64,000 bases of DNA from Octopus sinensis (Eukaryota). Shown piece by piece: positions 12,861 through 27,048 of this stretch. Position 1 is the stretch's first letter. The number at the start of each line of letters is the position of its first letter. The notes below the pieces were generated by a model. The model was not told where the DNA came from. It made no database searches and saw nothing but the letters and a program-made list of their open reading frames with translations. The DNA lies in the NCBI RefSeq assembly GCF_006345805.1, contig NC_042997.1:111786001-111850000 (forward strand), read 5' to 3'. Both the position numbers and the translations under genes were made by a program.

Positions 12861-14159
12861 GTGTGGCAGGGGCAAGGGCAAAATAGGATAGGGGTAGGAT
12901 AAAAATTGGAAATGGGGTGGTAAGAAAATTTATCGATTCTGAAAAATGTATTTAAGCCAAGCGAGATTTTACCTTATATGGGCAATGGTATCAATAAAAA
13001 TTGGGTAAAAATGAGATTTTGCGAGAAGTGGTTAATTCTTTATGTGTTGTTGCATTGCAACAAGTCTGCTGGTCTGGGTACATTGGTTTTCTTCCAAACC
13101 GAAACCAACCAACTTTCCAAGGAACCAATGCATTTTTATTGATGGACTCGCAAAGTTTCTCCAAAGTTTGTCCAAGTTTCTATTCTTGATGCAAAAGTAA
13201 CAAAATCAATAAATAAATTTTTTTTTTAATTCATGTATTTGTTGCAAAAACTAGTTTTAAGTTCCCCAAAATGTTTAATATCTTTGATGACAGTTTGGGA
13301 GATTACACTTCGTAAAAGACAAACAGAAACACGGCTTGGAGGCATTTACCAGATCATTCTTTAGAAACTTCATTTTCAAAGAATTTTCGTTTACAGGACG
13401 TAACGGCTTTTTGTTTTTTTTTTAAAAAGAAAAAGCTCTCAAGATGACTAATTGCAACAAAGAAAACTATTGCTTGGAATTGGACATAGATAAGTTTCAC
13501 GATTGTCTTTCACAATTTTCAGAAATATATATTTTTTTCATTGCTCTCTGGAAGTCAACTCGAGCAAAGATATCTTTAAAAATGGTGAAAATTCTCAAAA
13601 TTACAATTTCATAATTATCAGGCTCCGTTGTGATCATGAGAATATAATCTGAAACTAAATGGGATTAGAAAATATTCTTCAATCCAACGTTTGAGAAAGA
13701 CCAATTTCTTGATAATGTCTTTGGAATCTTGTAAGATTTTGTTACTTGTTTTCTTGCAGGCTCAAATATCTGTTCTGAGATAAACGATTGTTATTAAAGA
13801 ACTAACTCTGAGCAAAGAATATCCAAAGAAATATTTAGCAATAGGGAAAGAATTTGGAATTCAATAAATAGAATGTTACAGGAAAGAATCGCAAGACGGA
13901 TTCTTCAAGCCAAGGTAACCGGCAGGTGACTTGGGAGCAAATCAAGAACGAGATGTTTGGATAGTATCCATTGTTTGTTATTCGCGCTTGGGAATCCAGC
14001 AGGAAAATCTAATGGCAATTGCTTCTGAAGTGACCAAATGGCGGAGGTACCTGTTGACTTTACCCCCAACAATCCTACTAAGAACTGTGAACAGAGAAGA
14101 TGGATGGACGGATGGATAGATATAGTTGGTATCAAAATAGCTCCCAGGAAAAAGTTTTA

Positions 14160-14460
14160 GATCTCTATATAATAACCATTATCACCTGGCCGAGCTTGCT
14201 CGGACATTTTAAACCTGCGCACATCATTCATCTCGGCCCTGCATGAGTTGAGGGAGGTCTTCGGGAGGCATCCAATGTCTCTAGTGAGTTGATCTACATA
14301 CGTTGTATTCGGACGATCAGCTCGAGTACAACCATGCTTTGACATCCATAGTAGTATGCCACTTGACAGCTCTTGTTTAGCTCGCTAGCAATGTCCTGCA
14401 AAGCGCAAGTGCTTTTCCCTTATAATGGTGGAAACAGCAGATCTTTATACAGCTGTTTCT
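14160..14460 (-). mobile_element. RTE-clade LINE 3' coding fragment (decayed)
   Basis: Translation ...IREKHLRFAGHC*RAKQELSSGILLWMSKHG..RADRPNTTYVDQLTRDIG is the RTE C-terminal pattern (FAGHC/GRP/TYxDQL). Confidence 0.75.
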
Positions 14461-14590
14461 TGGCGAGATGAGTTCTCTGAGATATTTAAGTTCCATCTAA
14501 CTTATATAGCAATAACCGGTATAAATATCGGTTGGTTGGGGGTTTTTTGGTTGATTCTGCTATCTACGTTTTACATCGCATAGATAGAAG

Positions 14591-14634
<44 letters not shown>

Positions 14635-15353
14635 GAGGGAGAGAGAGAGGAAGTAAAGTAGAGATAGAGTGAGAGGGAGAGTGGGAGAGAGAGTTAGCAG
14701 AAGAGGTGCAGGATGAGTGCTTATACTAGGCTTAACGGCAGGCGTTAGACACGCACGCACACTGTGAGAGAGAAAGAATCATGGCGATACAGGAAAAAGA
14801 GGGAAGGGAGTAAATAAAACCGTAGTTAGAGGAGGAGTTACACAAACAAGAAATTCATTTTATTTAACATTATTTTAAGGCAATAAATATTTTTATTCTG
14901 AAAATTATCATACGTTTCATCATTGTGTATAAGCACCAAGAAATTTGATAAAAGGTAAATTAATAGTTATTGTACGAATGCCCTATTTCCTGACATTACC
15001 CATGGTGGCAAAAATAGTCCCAAAGCTATCAGTCATACGACGGGAAACTCGCTTGTATTTTAATAACTGACTTTACCAGAAACAGAAAATGGTGTGAAAG
15101 ATTGTATGGTCTTTTGTGAAGTCTGCGGTCTTCTGTCGCAATAGTTTTTTTGTAGCCACAAAGTTACCTTGTATATGTTTGCTTCAAATATTTCACGATG
15201 TATTCTAAAACTAAAGAGAATGAAACCGTTCACTGGAAAAAAAAAACAATTATTAGTTTAATGGACAGCAAAATTTATTGCTTTCATTTATGAATTTACA
15301 CTTGAAATTAAGGAATTAGCATTTTTACACACACACATACGCACGCACGCACG

Positions 15354-15425
<72 letters not shown>

Positions 15426-15454
15426 ACAGGATAACAAAAAAGAAAACACCTACA

Positions 15455-15830
15455 GACGAAGTTGACCATATTGAGACTGATGGGTCAAAAGAATATTGGT
15501 AGAAATTAAAGATTAAAACAGCCACCAAGTTAAAACACAACTCTCCAGATATTATTGCATGGGACCACAAGGGAAAGATATGTTCTGTTGTGAAAATCGG
15601 CTGCCTTCTGGACACCATTGTGTTTAGAAAAATGTCTGAGAAAGCGGACATCAATGGACCGTTGATAAGGAGTTCGCAAATTTCGTGCCTAAAATACACT
15701 TCGAACTTCATTCCTATTATCGTTGGAATAACAAGACACATACTAATTCGTCTGGAGCAAAATATGGCTGAATTTGGGATTTTGAGAAGAGAATCCAAAT
15801 CCTTAATTCACATGCAACAAATGATGTAGA
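15455..15830 (+). mobile_element. Non-LTR retrotransposon fragment: restriction-like (REL) endonuclease domain, R4/NeSL-like, decayed
   Basis: EYW*KLKIKTATKLKHNSPDIIAWDHKGKICSVVKIGCLLDT..KMSEKADINGPL..FIPIIVG fits HN(R)PD-x-D/E-xK...K..Y...IPIIVG. Confidence 0.7.
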
Positions 15831-17409
15831 TATCTGGGATTATAAATATTTTCAAGATCTTATGATTTAAAGGATGATGGTTAAAGCAAAACGTTTTCCT
15901 TTACAACCTTGCTACCACATTACACATTTTAGTACATTTGTGGCAACAATGGATGCCTCTTGCAGCAGGAGTCCATAGCCCTGACCACCCGCACTGAGAC
16001 ATGACTTCACTCCATCATGAAGTTTTTTATTGAGTGTTTTGCTTTTTCGATTATGCAAACGATAGTGTGCAATACATAATAGAGACGTTGAAAATCGAGC
16101 GATGCCTGTGTCTGAAGCTTTTTTAAAGAGAGGAAGTTCCTTGCACAGGACTAATCCCACTCTGTAAACAACGAATGCATTTTCCCAAAAAGAAGACCTA
16201 ATTTACATCATTAGGTGCAAACAAAGTCACAGGCGTTACACCAGAGTTTTCTCCTCCTAGAGAGATATCTAAAACAAAGCCTAAGGATCTCTCACTCTTA
16301 GCTGACTCAACTCAGTTCATCTGACCTTTGACACGTTGCTTATTGTCCTGCAGGGTGTCCAACAAAAAACATCCTCCTTACCAAACAGGTTTAGTAGGGT
16401 TGCCTGTATTGTGACCTGTCACCAGTATCATACATATATACACATACATACGCATACACACATACATAAACACACACATGCATACACACAGACACACACA
16501 CACACAGACATACACAGAGACACACACACCTTGGTCGTTCGCTGAGTGTGACTTGGGAGCTTGTACCACGCATTTTCTAATTGTTTTAGGTCCCAATACA
16601 GTCGGAAGCAGGCATAGTCGTTCTCTTGGCTCTCCCACCCATGACTTAGTGGAATATGAAGAATGTGACAATTGGAGAGAGAGAAAGAGAGGTGGGAGAA
16701 GGGAAAGAGAGGGAGGGATGCACCAATATTTACCGGGTGGTCATGTTCATTTACGTAACCCGAAGCAACGTGAAATGAAGCGCTTTATTCAATAACACAA
16801 CACTACAATCGTTTTGGGAACCGAATCCACAACTTAACGTAAATGATTTATCGACCCAACAAAGGGGTTTATATTTAATCTGTCGAGCTCCTCCTAATGG
16901 GGTAACCAAGTGTTCCTTGCACTCTTTAAAATAGGGACCACATATAAGTGTTAAATCTTAGGGCAACGTAATAATAAAGACAAGAATTCCAATAAAACGG
17001 AATGTCTTGTGAGCTACAGGGATTGACTACTAGAGAGCAGACAAGGCAGTACTCCATAGTATGGTCTGTTCCTTCGCGTTTACTGGTTGTTGGGCCGGTC
17101 TTGTAGCTTCCATCTAACCAAAGTAACTTTTGATCGTCCCGTTCTCAATTGAATGTCTTCCAATGGAATCCATAACGTTTCTGAGCCAGGGAGGTGGTCT
17201 TTAGCAGGAGTTGGGGTCCCATGTCATTTAGAGGAATGTCATTCCAATCGGAGCCAGAGTTTGGTTTCTTACCGAGATATTGTCAGGATTGATCGGACGA
17301 AGATGTTACATTCCAGAGAAGGACATAGTTTGCTCAATTAAGTTCGTATCATCAGTTCGTTAGGCTGACTAGGGCCACTCAACGCCAGTGATAGCAGTTG
17401 TTTAATAAG

Positions 17410-17625
17410 GGTTTCTATTTTTGGTACAAGGCCAGCAATTTCGGGAGAAGAGGGTAAGTCGATTACATTGACCCCAATACCTAACTGGTGCTTATTTTCT
17501 TGACCCCGAAAGGTTGAAAGGCAAAGTTCACCTCAATGGAATTTGAATTCAGAACGTAAAGATGAAGGAAAGCTGTCAAGCCAGTTTGCTCGGCGGGCTA
17601 ATAATTCTGCCAGCTCGCTGCCTAC
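17410..17625 (-). mobile_element. tRNA-derived SINE with Meta-like core
   Basis: Reverse complement of ggcggcgagctggcaga...gcctttca.cctttcggggtc.a.aaataag.accag; many copies in the window. Confidence 0.75.
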
Positions 17626-17807
17626 CACTCCTTTAATAATAATATCGTTGGAGTCTCTATGCGGCCGTTCGACCTATTACAAATAGCAACCAAATCTCCC
17701 TCAGATCACGGGTTTCTGTCGTTAAAGAAAGGAATCAGGAAGTCTTATCATTTTCTCCTTATCACAGGTTTTGTTGGAGCTCATGGAGGCTTTCATGCGT
17801 AGGAGTC

Positions 17808-17809
<2 letters not shown>

Positions 17810-17896
<87 letters not shown>

Positions 17897-17897
17897 C
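17810..17897 (+). repeat. (TAT)n microsatellite
   Basis: About 29 perfect TAT units; another at ~18135-18190. Confidence 0.95.
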
Positions 17898-18131
17898 ATT
17901 CTATGTTTGACTTTGGATTTATATTTGTACAAGTTGGCTCCAAGTCTCACCCAGAGACCTCAAGAGACAATAGGTTGGAAGTTCGTGATGTTGTTATGCC
18001 TAGTGTGCCATATATTTGGTTTTGTATTTAGCGTTGTACTAGTGAATGTCAAAAAAAAAACGAAAATTATGTTTGTTTTAAAACTTGAGATTACATAGAA
18101 AGTATTTTGCGTAGGATATGAGCAGTTCCCA

Positions 18132-18192
<61 letters not shown>

Positions 18193-18489
18193 ATTTTTAT
18201 TTTTATTATTATTGGTATTATCATTTGACGAAAATTTTCAGCTTATTTTGCTGGGTATGATGGAAAGCATCAGTTGCCCACAGCCAGCAGACTAAGGTGA
18301 CACTTGTTTACTGGTCGTGCTTCAAGAACCATGTGAAGAATTCTTGCAGTTGCAAGCAATGTTGATTTTTGTAGGTGTTCTTAAAAACAGTTTGATTTGA
18401 CCCCATGCAACTTATTTCTTACAGAAACCTAACTCTCTCACGCACAGATAACCGAATGGAGAGATACAGAGTCGAATACGCGCGTGCAT

Positions 18490-18529
<40 letters not shown>

Positions 18530-19064
18530 TGTATGTGTGTGTGTGTGTGTGTGTGGTAGGGCTTTTGTCGATGACCGTATATCCACAGATATATTTTTGC
18601 TAGTGCAAGGTTTTTCAGGAAGACTGGCAGTTGGCCGGCCATGCATGGAAGTCTTCTGCCCTCTTCGCCACCTACGTTCATTCAAAGGTTAAACCTTGCC
18701 AACTCGGACAGATACAGCTTGGTACCAGTGTCGTCGCAGGAGTTGCTGTCAGAACACAAAGGGCTGGAACAAACATCATAAGAGATCTTGTCCAATCCTC
18801 AAACAGTTCCGCTAATCCCCCATCTTGGATTGATACTGTTTTTATCAATCCTGAAACGATGGAAAGCAAAGATGACCTCAGCATGATTTGAACTCAAAAC
18901 GTAACCTCCCGAAGAATTCCAAGGGGCATTCTATCCAAAGTTGGTTGGATAGTAGCAAACTAGAGGCATCGTATGTAGGGAATAACTAGTTAGGAGAATG
19001 TTCCTGTTGAAGATAAAAGCCTCCAATAGGGACTTAATAAAGGATTTGGTTAAGGCCGTGAACA

Positions 19065-19260
19065 CGCCGGGCAAAATGCTCAGCGGCGTTTCGTTAGTCT
19101 TTGCATTCTGCGTTCAAATTGCACCGAAGTCTAATTTGTCTTTCATCTTTTCCTAGTTGATAAAATAAGTACCAGTTGATCATTGGGGTCAATGTAATCA
19201 ATTTACCACGCACCCCTGAAATTGCTGGTATTGTGCCAAAATTTGAAACCAATAAAGACT
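19065..19260 (+). mobile_element. tRNA-derived SINE with Meta-like core
   Basis: Same family as 17410-17625, ending in the gccaaaatttgaaaccaat tail. Confidence 0.65.
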
Positions 19261-19819
19261 TTGGTTCCAAGTTCCATTACTAAGTACAGCAGAAATCTGA
19301 AAAAGGACGGGGAATAGAGCGACCGAAATGATGTGATTCTAACAACCGAAATGAAGACACTAATTTGAATATACCAAAGTATAAAAATAGCAATTCCTCG
19401 TCAGAAATACAGAGAAAATTTATCTAAAAACCATGATTTCTTCTTCTATTTTCTTATAATGTTAAAAGTGTGAGACAATCATAGTATAAGATGAATAAAA
19501 AAGCTGAACCAATCAAAAGTATTGAATCAAAGCAACGTATTTAGGACGTAAGTTAAATAAAATGCAATGACCGGCTGCATTTTTTTTTTCTTTGATGGAC
19601 TCAACAACAATGGAGTGGGGAAATATTAAAATTGGTTGGGTTTGTCTTTTTTTTCCCTTTTATTTCCTGGACCCCGAAGGAGGATCTGAACCCATAGCCT
19701 TTTCAGGCCCTTCCAGACCGGCGAGATTGATATTTAAACTCAAGAACTTCTTTTAATCAGATGCGCATGACTCTCTACAGGACCTCCAAAAGCTTATAGA
19801 AGGAAGAAAAGAACGCGTC

Positions 19820-20090
19820 TTCAAACCTCAAACCTTCATTGTGTCTTTTCTGCAGGCATTTCCATGGTTATTGCTCTAACGAATTTTCTGGTTTGGTGCC
19901 CTCTGTCAAGACTTTTAAGCATGTCAGCCGCTTCTCTTTCCAGGCGCAGCGTCTCTCTAAGCTTCCTGTTAGTCATAAATCTTTTTATTCTAATAGCTTC
20001 TTTCCTAGAACTGTTGCTTTCTAGAACTCACTATAATAATTTTGTTTTGCTCTGGTTTGTGATATCCAGTTCTTTAAGCTTTCTGTCAAT
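19820..20090 (+). mobile_element. Jockey/CR1-group LINE 3' end (decayed)
   Basis: CRHFHGYCSNEFSGLVPSVKTF..SRFS..FYSNSFFPRT is a typical post-RT C-terminal segment (F+PRT..W). Confidence 0.65.
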
Positions 20091-20248
20091 CAGGGATGGA
20101 CTGAGTCGTTGGTCAATCGGACACTGCCCGAGGGCCCGGAGCTCTGCGGGGCCCGCACGCTACATGTTAACTCTACTAAAACACACATTCAAAGGGTCCC
20201 AGTAAACAGTTATGCCCGAGGGTCCTTAATACTCTCAGACCGCCCCTG
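20091..20248. mobile_element. hAT-type MITE (CAGGGGCGGACTG family), copy 1
   Basis: 15-bp TIRs (12/15 match); perfect 8-bp TSD CTGTCAAT at 20083-20090 and 20249-20256. Confidence 0.9.
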
Positions 20249-20544
20249 CTGTCAATTAACACCTATTGAATTTATAGGTCTCTTCTTTCCCGTTTTTGTA
20301 GTGTCTTATGCTTGCAACAGAATAGACACTGTTTAAGAAAAGTTAAAACTGATGGTTACTTCCATTTCCTTAGCGTTAAGAAGATGAGAGATGAACCATC
20401 CCCTGGAAAGGATTATAGTGTTTCGCTGATATACTTTCCCAACGGGACAAAATAGCTTCAGCACAATAAGCCAACGAATAAAATGTTTGTTCCACAACAT
20501 ATTGGTCACCTACAAAAGGTATTCGTACCTATTTCTTTACTATC

Positions 20545-20750
20545 CACAAGGGGCTAAACATAGAGGGGACAAACGGATTAAGTCGATTATATCGACCCCA
20601 GTGCGTAACTGGTACTTAATTTATCGACCCCGAAAGGATGAAAGGCAAAGTCGACCTCGGCAGAATTTGAACTTAGAACGTAGCGGCAGACGAAATACTG
20701 CTAAGCATTTCGACCAGCGTGCTAACGATTCTGCCATACCACTCACGGAA
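20545..20750 (-). mobile_element. tRNA-derived SINE with Meta-like core
   Basis: Near full-length copy, similar to 46455-46672, 26480-26660 and 27955-28145. Confidence 0.8.
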
Positions 20751-23370
20751 TAAACTGATGGAGGCACTATAGGGTCACTCGAACTGCTAGAAACGACTGC
20801 TAAATCTTCCTCAAAAAGGAAGTAAGATATTGGATAATGTTGGAGAGAGGGACAGAATGAGCAAAGCTGAAATACTTTTGGTTATTGTCTGCTGTCAAGA
20901 CTGACTCAGAGTTAAACTATTACAACTAACAGCTAAATGAATTCAGTCTCTGCTAAATGAATTCAGTCTCTGTCACGGCGCTAGTGACAACATTGATCCA
21001 ATGACCTAATGGTTTGTTATTCAGCACCTTACCGTCTTGGCCATGTATATTTTCACTTACAGGTAACACGTGGTCGCTCAACCCGTTTTAGCACCTAGGG
21101 ACTCTACTGCCTTAATGATAGAGCACAATGTTACGCAATGCAGCCTATAAACATACATACAGATATATGCATGCACACGTGTGTTTAGAATATACATACA
21201 CACACGCATACGCACACACACACATACATACACACACACATATATATACATACATACACACACATATACATACATACTCACACACACATACTTACACACA
21301 CATATATACATACATACTCACACACACACATACACACACGTACATATACACATACACACACTCTCTCTCTCTCTCCCTCTCTCTTTCACTAGATATATAT
21401 GGCTGCCATGCCTTTGATCATGTCTGCTTGAACAAAGTTGACCTGGGGGATAAGATATCTCCACCACCACCACCACCATCACTATCACAACAACAGCTAC
21501 TGCCACCACCACCACCACACCACCACCACCACCACCACAACAACAACAACAGTAACAATAGCATAGGACTTGTGTTCTTATGACAGCTTCACTGGTTACA
21601 TTACATTCGACCATTTTAATTCAGTGTCAAATATATTTGAACGAAGTTAGCACAGAAGATCTCGTCTGTGTCTAGAGAAAGGAAATTCTTGAAAGGAATA
21701 CTCGATGGTTTCCTCTGTAGATTAGACAAAAGGAGAATTTAACGTCAGTAATGGTGGAGATGAGTTTGGATTAATAGACTTTAATGGCGCAGTGTTTTAG
21801 CTGTCTGGAGAGGAAGGAGTGGCGTAGCGTGGAGTAGCTACTATACACACGAGGGTTTGCTGTAGTCGAAGGTATGTTAGGTTTGAGGGAAAAGGGTGAC
21901 GGGTCTGGCCATTGCACACGGCAGCCGAACTGAGAGGAATCATCTTTTTACGTTTAGTCAAAAGAGAAAAAATATTTTTTTTTTATTTCGAGTTTGACTA
22001 TTGAGAGGATTTTCAGCAGTGCGTCTGAGATGCACCAAGAATAAGTAAATGGAGTTAAATTTATATTTTCGAATTCGATAATTGTACCGTCGTTTCCATT
22101 ATCATTTGGTTAACCTGTCTCATTGGCACTATTATAATTCCTTCAAGAGCAAGGCTTTCTCTTCAAACCGTTGCTGATCTGGCACAAAGCACAAACATAC
22201 ACCTTAAGAGTGGACCTTCAACACTCAAAATAGCCATAAAAACACAGGTCATCTGACTGGTTTTAAAATCTTCTTGTCATGAAAACTATACGGTAATCGC
22301 CGTACTGAATACTCCCTATTTTCTACTGTTATTTCAATGGCTTCTTCCCCGAACAAGGTGCATACCAACGTCCATACCAGCTTTTCTAACACACCCGTCT
22401 CTCTTCTTTTGCACAGTGACCCAACCCTCAAGTTTTTCACTAAAAACTCCTTCGACACATATCGCTTTCCCAAAACTGCAACCGTCTTCCAACCAAACAA
22501 TTTATAAAAAGTTTAAAGTGAACATCAATGAAATAAACTCGTATCATAATCTGGAAGAGATTGCAATGGCTACACACACGGTACGTCTTGCTCGGACAAA
22601 TAACAAACCAAGAACGATAACTTGGCCGAAATTAGCTTTGTCATAGATATTACGACACTTGTACGGCATTAAAACAACAATCATTGCAACAGCAACAGTT
22701 GTAAACCAATCATTGCTTGCACAAGCTAGCAATGCCATTATTATTATTACTATTAATAATAACAATCATCTTATATTGAACGGTGTTAACATCACTTCTA
22801 TTATAAGCACATCCGTCTCGTTACTACTACTACTACTACTAGTACCGCCACTACCATTGCCACCCACGTCACCGTCGCTGCTGCTGCTACTACACTATAT
22901 CACCCGCGTCACCGCTTAACAATCCCCGTTGCCACCACCACCACCCACACTCTACAACAACTACTACTACTACTACCACTTTATATTAATAACGTCGCCA
23001 TCATGCTATAAGCACCACCATCTCTGCGGCGTTGCTGCTGCTACTACTACTACCACTATAACTGCTGCTGCTACTACTACAACTACTACTAATAATAATA
23101 ATGATGATAATAATAGTTAATGATAAAATATTCCTTTCACCAAACAATGAAATAACAGCTTTGTTTGTAACATGGCTTCAAAAATATAGCCATCACCTTA
23201 AGTTGATCTGATCTTCGAGACTTTATCCAACGTCTGTTCGTGTATTAAACGATATAGCGCTCTACCAGCTTATACATATAATAATATGGTCGTGTGCTTT
23301 CCCCTTGTTTTAAGAGATATGGTTCAACATATTTTGCCTGTGTATATGTGTGTTTTACCACCACGGAACA

Positions 23371-23464
<94 letters not shown>

Positions 23465-23530
23465 ATATATATATATATACATACATATATATGTATATAT
23501 ATTTCTATATATATACATATATAATATTTC

Positions 23531-23564
<34 letters not shown>

Positions 23565-24296
23565 TAAATGTGCGTGTGTATATATATAGAGAGATAGATA
23601 GATATATAAATGTGTGTATATATATATGCGTGTGTGTGAATGTGTGTATGTATGTATAATGATATACATGCAGCTCAAAGTCAACTGCATAACGTAGCTC
23701 AGTCAGCTATTCCATTCCCACAATTCCACTTCCGGTACACTCTATACACTAGCCTATGTACACTGCCCTTCCTTATCTACATATTATTTGAAGTGGTTGT
23801 TGTTGGCTGGCTCACTGGCTTGTTGGCTGGTTGGCTGGCTGGTTTTGTTCTGTCTTTCTAAATCCGCCATTACATCAAAATTCCAATGAGAGGTTAAAAA
23901 CGATGACATCCCTAATCAAACTTCTTTACATATGAACAAGAACAGATTAACTCAGTGGTTATGAACCATTCGTCGTGTTTGTGAATGGCATTGAAGAGCG
24001 GGGGGTGGGGGGTGGAAGCTAATGGTGGTAGTAGTGGTGGAGATGGTGGAGATGGTGGTAGTAATGGTGGGAGGAGAAGGAAAAAGAAAAAAGAGAGAGG
24101 CGGAGGCGTTGTTGCAGCAACAGTAACAGAAGCAATAAACATCGACAGCCGCAAGAGCAGCAGCTACATCATCATCATCATCATCATCAGTAGTTGTAGT
24201 AGTAGTGGCAATAGTAGTAGTTATTGTTGTCATAGCAGCAAAAAACCCCGCCGTTGTAGTTGCGGTAGCGAGAACACAAACAGCAGCAGCAACAAC

Positions 24297-24337
<41 letters not shown>

Positions 24338-25325
24338 CAGCAGCAGCAGCAGCCGTAGCAGTAGTAGTTAGTAGCTATTTTTGGACCAGCCACAAGGTCA
24401 TCTCCAGAATAAAAAGAAAGGAAAAAGGAAAAAAGACGGCATCGAAGGAATTAGAACTCAGAACAATGATGTTCCCATCTACAAATCACAAGATATCAGG
24501 TATTGAAGGCTCTATTAACTTAAGAGCTCACCGGTACCCTAATAACCTCTTTCATTTTTTTTTCGTCTAGACACATAAACCTTGGAGAAGAGAAATAAGC
24601 TTTTTAGCCCTAGGCCAGTTCTCATCAGTGACCATTCTAATCATAACCAAACCGGATTTTTCTTCTGGAATTACGTGTCAATTTGTCTTTTAAGAAGACG
24701 TTAATGTATAGTCGGGGGGGGGGGAGATTTGACTGTTATTTCTAGCAGTCACGTTGTGACTAATTCCTTGGGAGAAATGGGTTGTTGTGACATTCGTACT
24801 GTTCACTGCCGCTTTGGTAATCTTAGTGAAATGGAAATAGCTCCAACCAGGGATTGATCTCAGATCCGAGAAGTTGACACTCCGAAAACTTAGCGTTTGA
24901 TGATCCTCTCTTGCACTATTTGAAGAAATTCAAGAAGCGGAAATGGAGGCTGTGGCGTTCATGTCTTTCCCAAACTAATATTATAAACTGCAGTAAATGT
25001 GATTTCAGACGTCTACCTTAAGGTATGTGCGTGAGAAGATATACGTGATGCTGTGAGGTTCATGCTTTTCCAATAGGTATTAACATTGCAATTCAAGTGA
25101 AACGATTTCATACAATCTGGATTTGGAAGTCTGCTAGCTGATGGTTTACCCTTATGGTATGGTGTCAAGAGAACTCCACTCACCGTGGGACCATATTTAG
25201 GATTCAATTTGATGTGTTACCCTAGGTATTGTTGTTGTTGTTTTGCCTTAGGCCAGGAGAAATCCAGCATTTGACCAACCCTTGGTATTTCTAGAATCGT
25301 ATAATATGGACTATATTATCTAGAT

Positions 25326-25653
25326 CAGAGGTCCTCAAACTTTTTGGGCCACTGCCCCTCCTCATGGCCACATAATACCCTCAGCGCCTCACCCCTATTT
25401 TTATGTATAAATAAATATTTTACATTTTACTAATTTATGTTGCCATGAATCATTTGATATTTAATATAATATTATATGATTTGTATACAATACTATAATA
25501 ATATTATAATAAATTCATAGCATCCCCCAATTCACTGCATTCCTCCCAACGCCTCCTTTTTCTCTACCTCCCCGTTAGGTACCAGCGCCCACCTGGACCA
25601 TCTCAACACTCACCGAGGAGGGGGGGAGGTAGCGCCCACTTTGAGAACCTATG
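25326..25653. mobile_element. hAT/Charlie-type MITE
   Basis: TIRs cagaggtcctcaaact / actttgagaacctatg; perfect 8-bp TSD ATCTAGAT (Charlie consensus NTCTAGAN). Confidence 0.9.
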
Positions 25654-27048
25654 ATCTAGATGTTCTTGAGACAGTCGGGCCCAAACGTGGGAGGTTTAAC
25701 TGCTATTCTTAACAGATTACATGACTACATAGAGGTTATATACTTCTGTATGTTTGTTTTGGGTTAAAAATAAAACTGAATTATTTGTCCAAAGGGAAAA
25801 TATCAGATAAAAGGAAAGTGGGGGTAATATCCCTGATCTCTACCGACGATACAAAGAACATAACTGGGTATATATTCCACTGTAAATTCTCACTATATAT
25901 TACACGCTCACGTGGTCGCACCGTTTTTATTCTGTCTCCACCTCATAACACTTCGAACTTTTCTTGGACTATTCTACTTCGATTCTCTACCGGGACTTTC
26001 TTCTACTCTCCTACACTCGGACTCCTACACTTCGGCCACACCTCTCCTACCCATGGATTACACTGGACTCTTCCTTTGATGAGATATCGCTCCAATACAC
26101 CACGACGTTTGAACCTTTTGAACTTTTCTATTTATGTGTTCCTTTCCGTCGAAGAGCGTAGGCTCGAAATGTAAAAGACTTTCTCACTTCCCGGACGTTA
26201 AACTAATACATCTGTTTGTTCTTTACACACCCGTCTTCGTCTTTTGATTTTTTTGTGTAAATTCTCACTATATATTCCATTTCATTAGTGTACACACACA
26301 CACACACACACACACACTTACATAAAACAACAGAACATGTATCTATATGTAGGAATGGTCCTTAGATTAATGCCACCACGAACAAATTGGATTTTGGCGC
26401 CCTTACGAAAATCATTTTTGAAAAAATTTCAGGAGCTTATTGGTACAAGGAGCCAATATTGGTACAAGGCTAGCATCCTTAGGGAAAGGGCTATGTGGAT
26501 TACATCGACCCAAGTACTCAACTGGTACTTATTTTATCGACCCTGTAAGGATGAAAGGCAAACCCGACCTCAGTGGAATCTGAACTGAGAACGTAAAGAC
26601 GAATAAAATGCCGCTTAGCATTTTTGTCCGGCGTGCTAACGATTCTGTCAGCTCGCCGCTTTTAACGGAACTCATAACGAGACCAAAACGATTTGCGAGG
26701 AAATACAAAAAGTAGATTTTGGTATCTCTAGCAAGCGAAACGAATATGTAAATACTTGAAAGCCACTTAATTAAATGGTCTTTTTTTAATAACACATATT
26801 TGATTTCTCCTTATATTTGTTGAAAGATGTAACTTTTTATACCGGCGACATTTTTGTTTAAACTATCGCGAGTGGCGGCGTGTTGTTGGCCGGTCTGAGG
26901 TGATGACTGCTGGACTTCATGAATGAAAATGTCTTCCTTGGTCTGCATGAAGAAGTAACTGACAACATGCGCGAACAATTAACAGAAATTTTATCATTGT
27001 ACATAAAGTTTAACTGTCTAAGTCTTTTACAAATAGCAATAGCTATAA

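Noticed and set aside
20930-20975. 20-bp tandem duplication (also a 31-bp duplication at ~29165-29245)
   Set aside because: Ordinary local slippage duplications.
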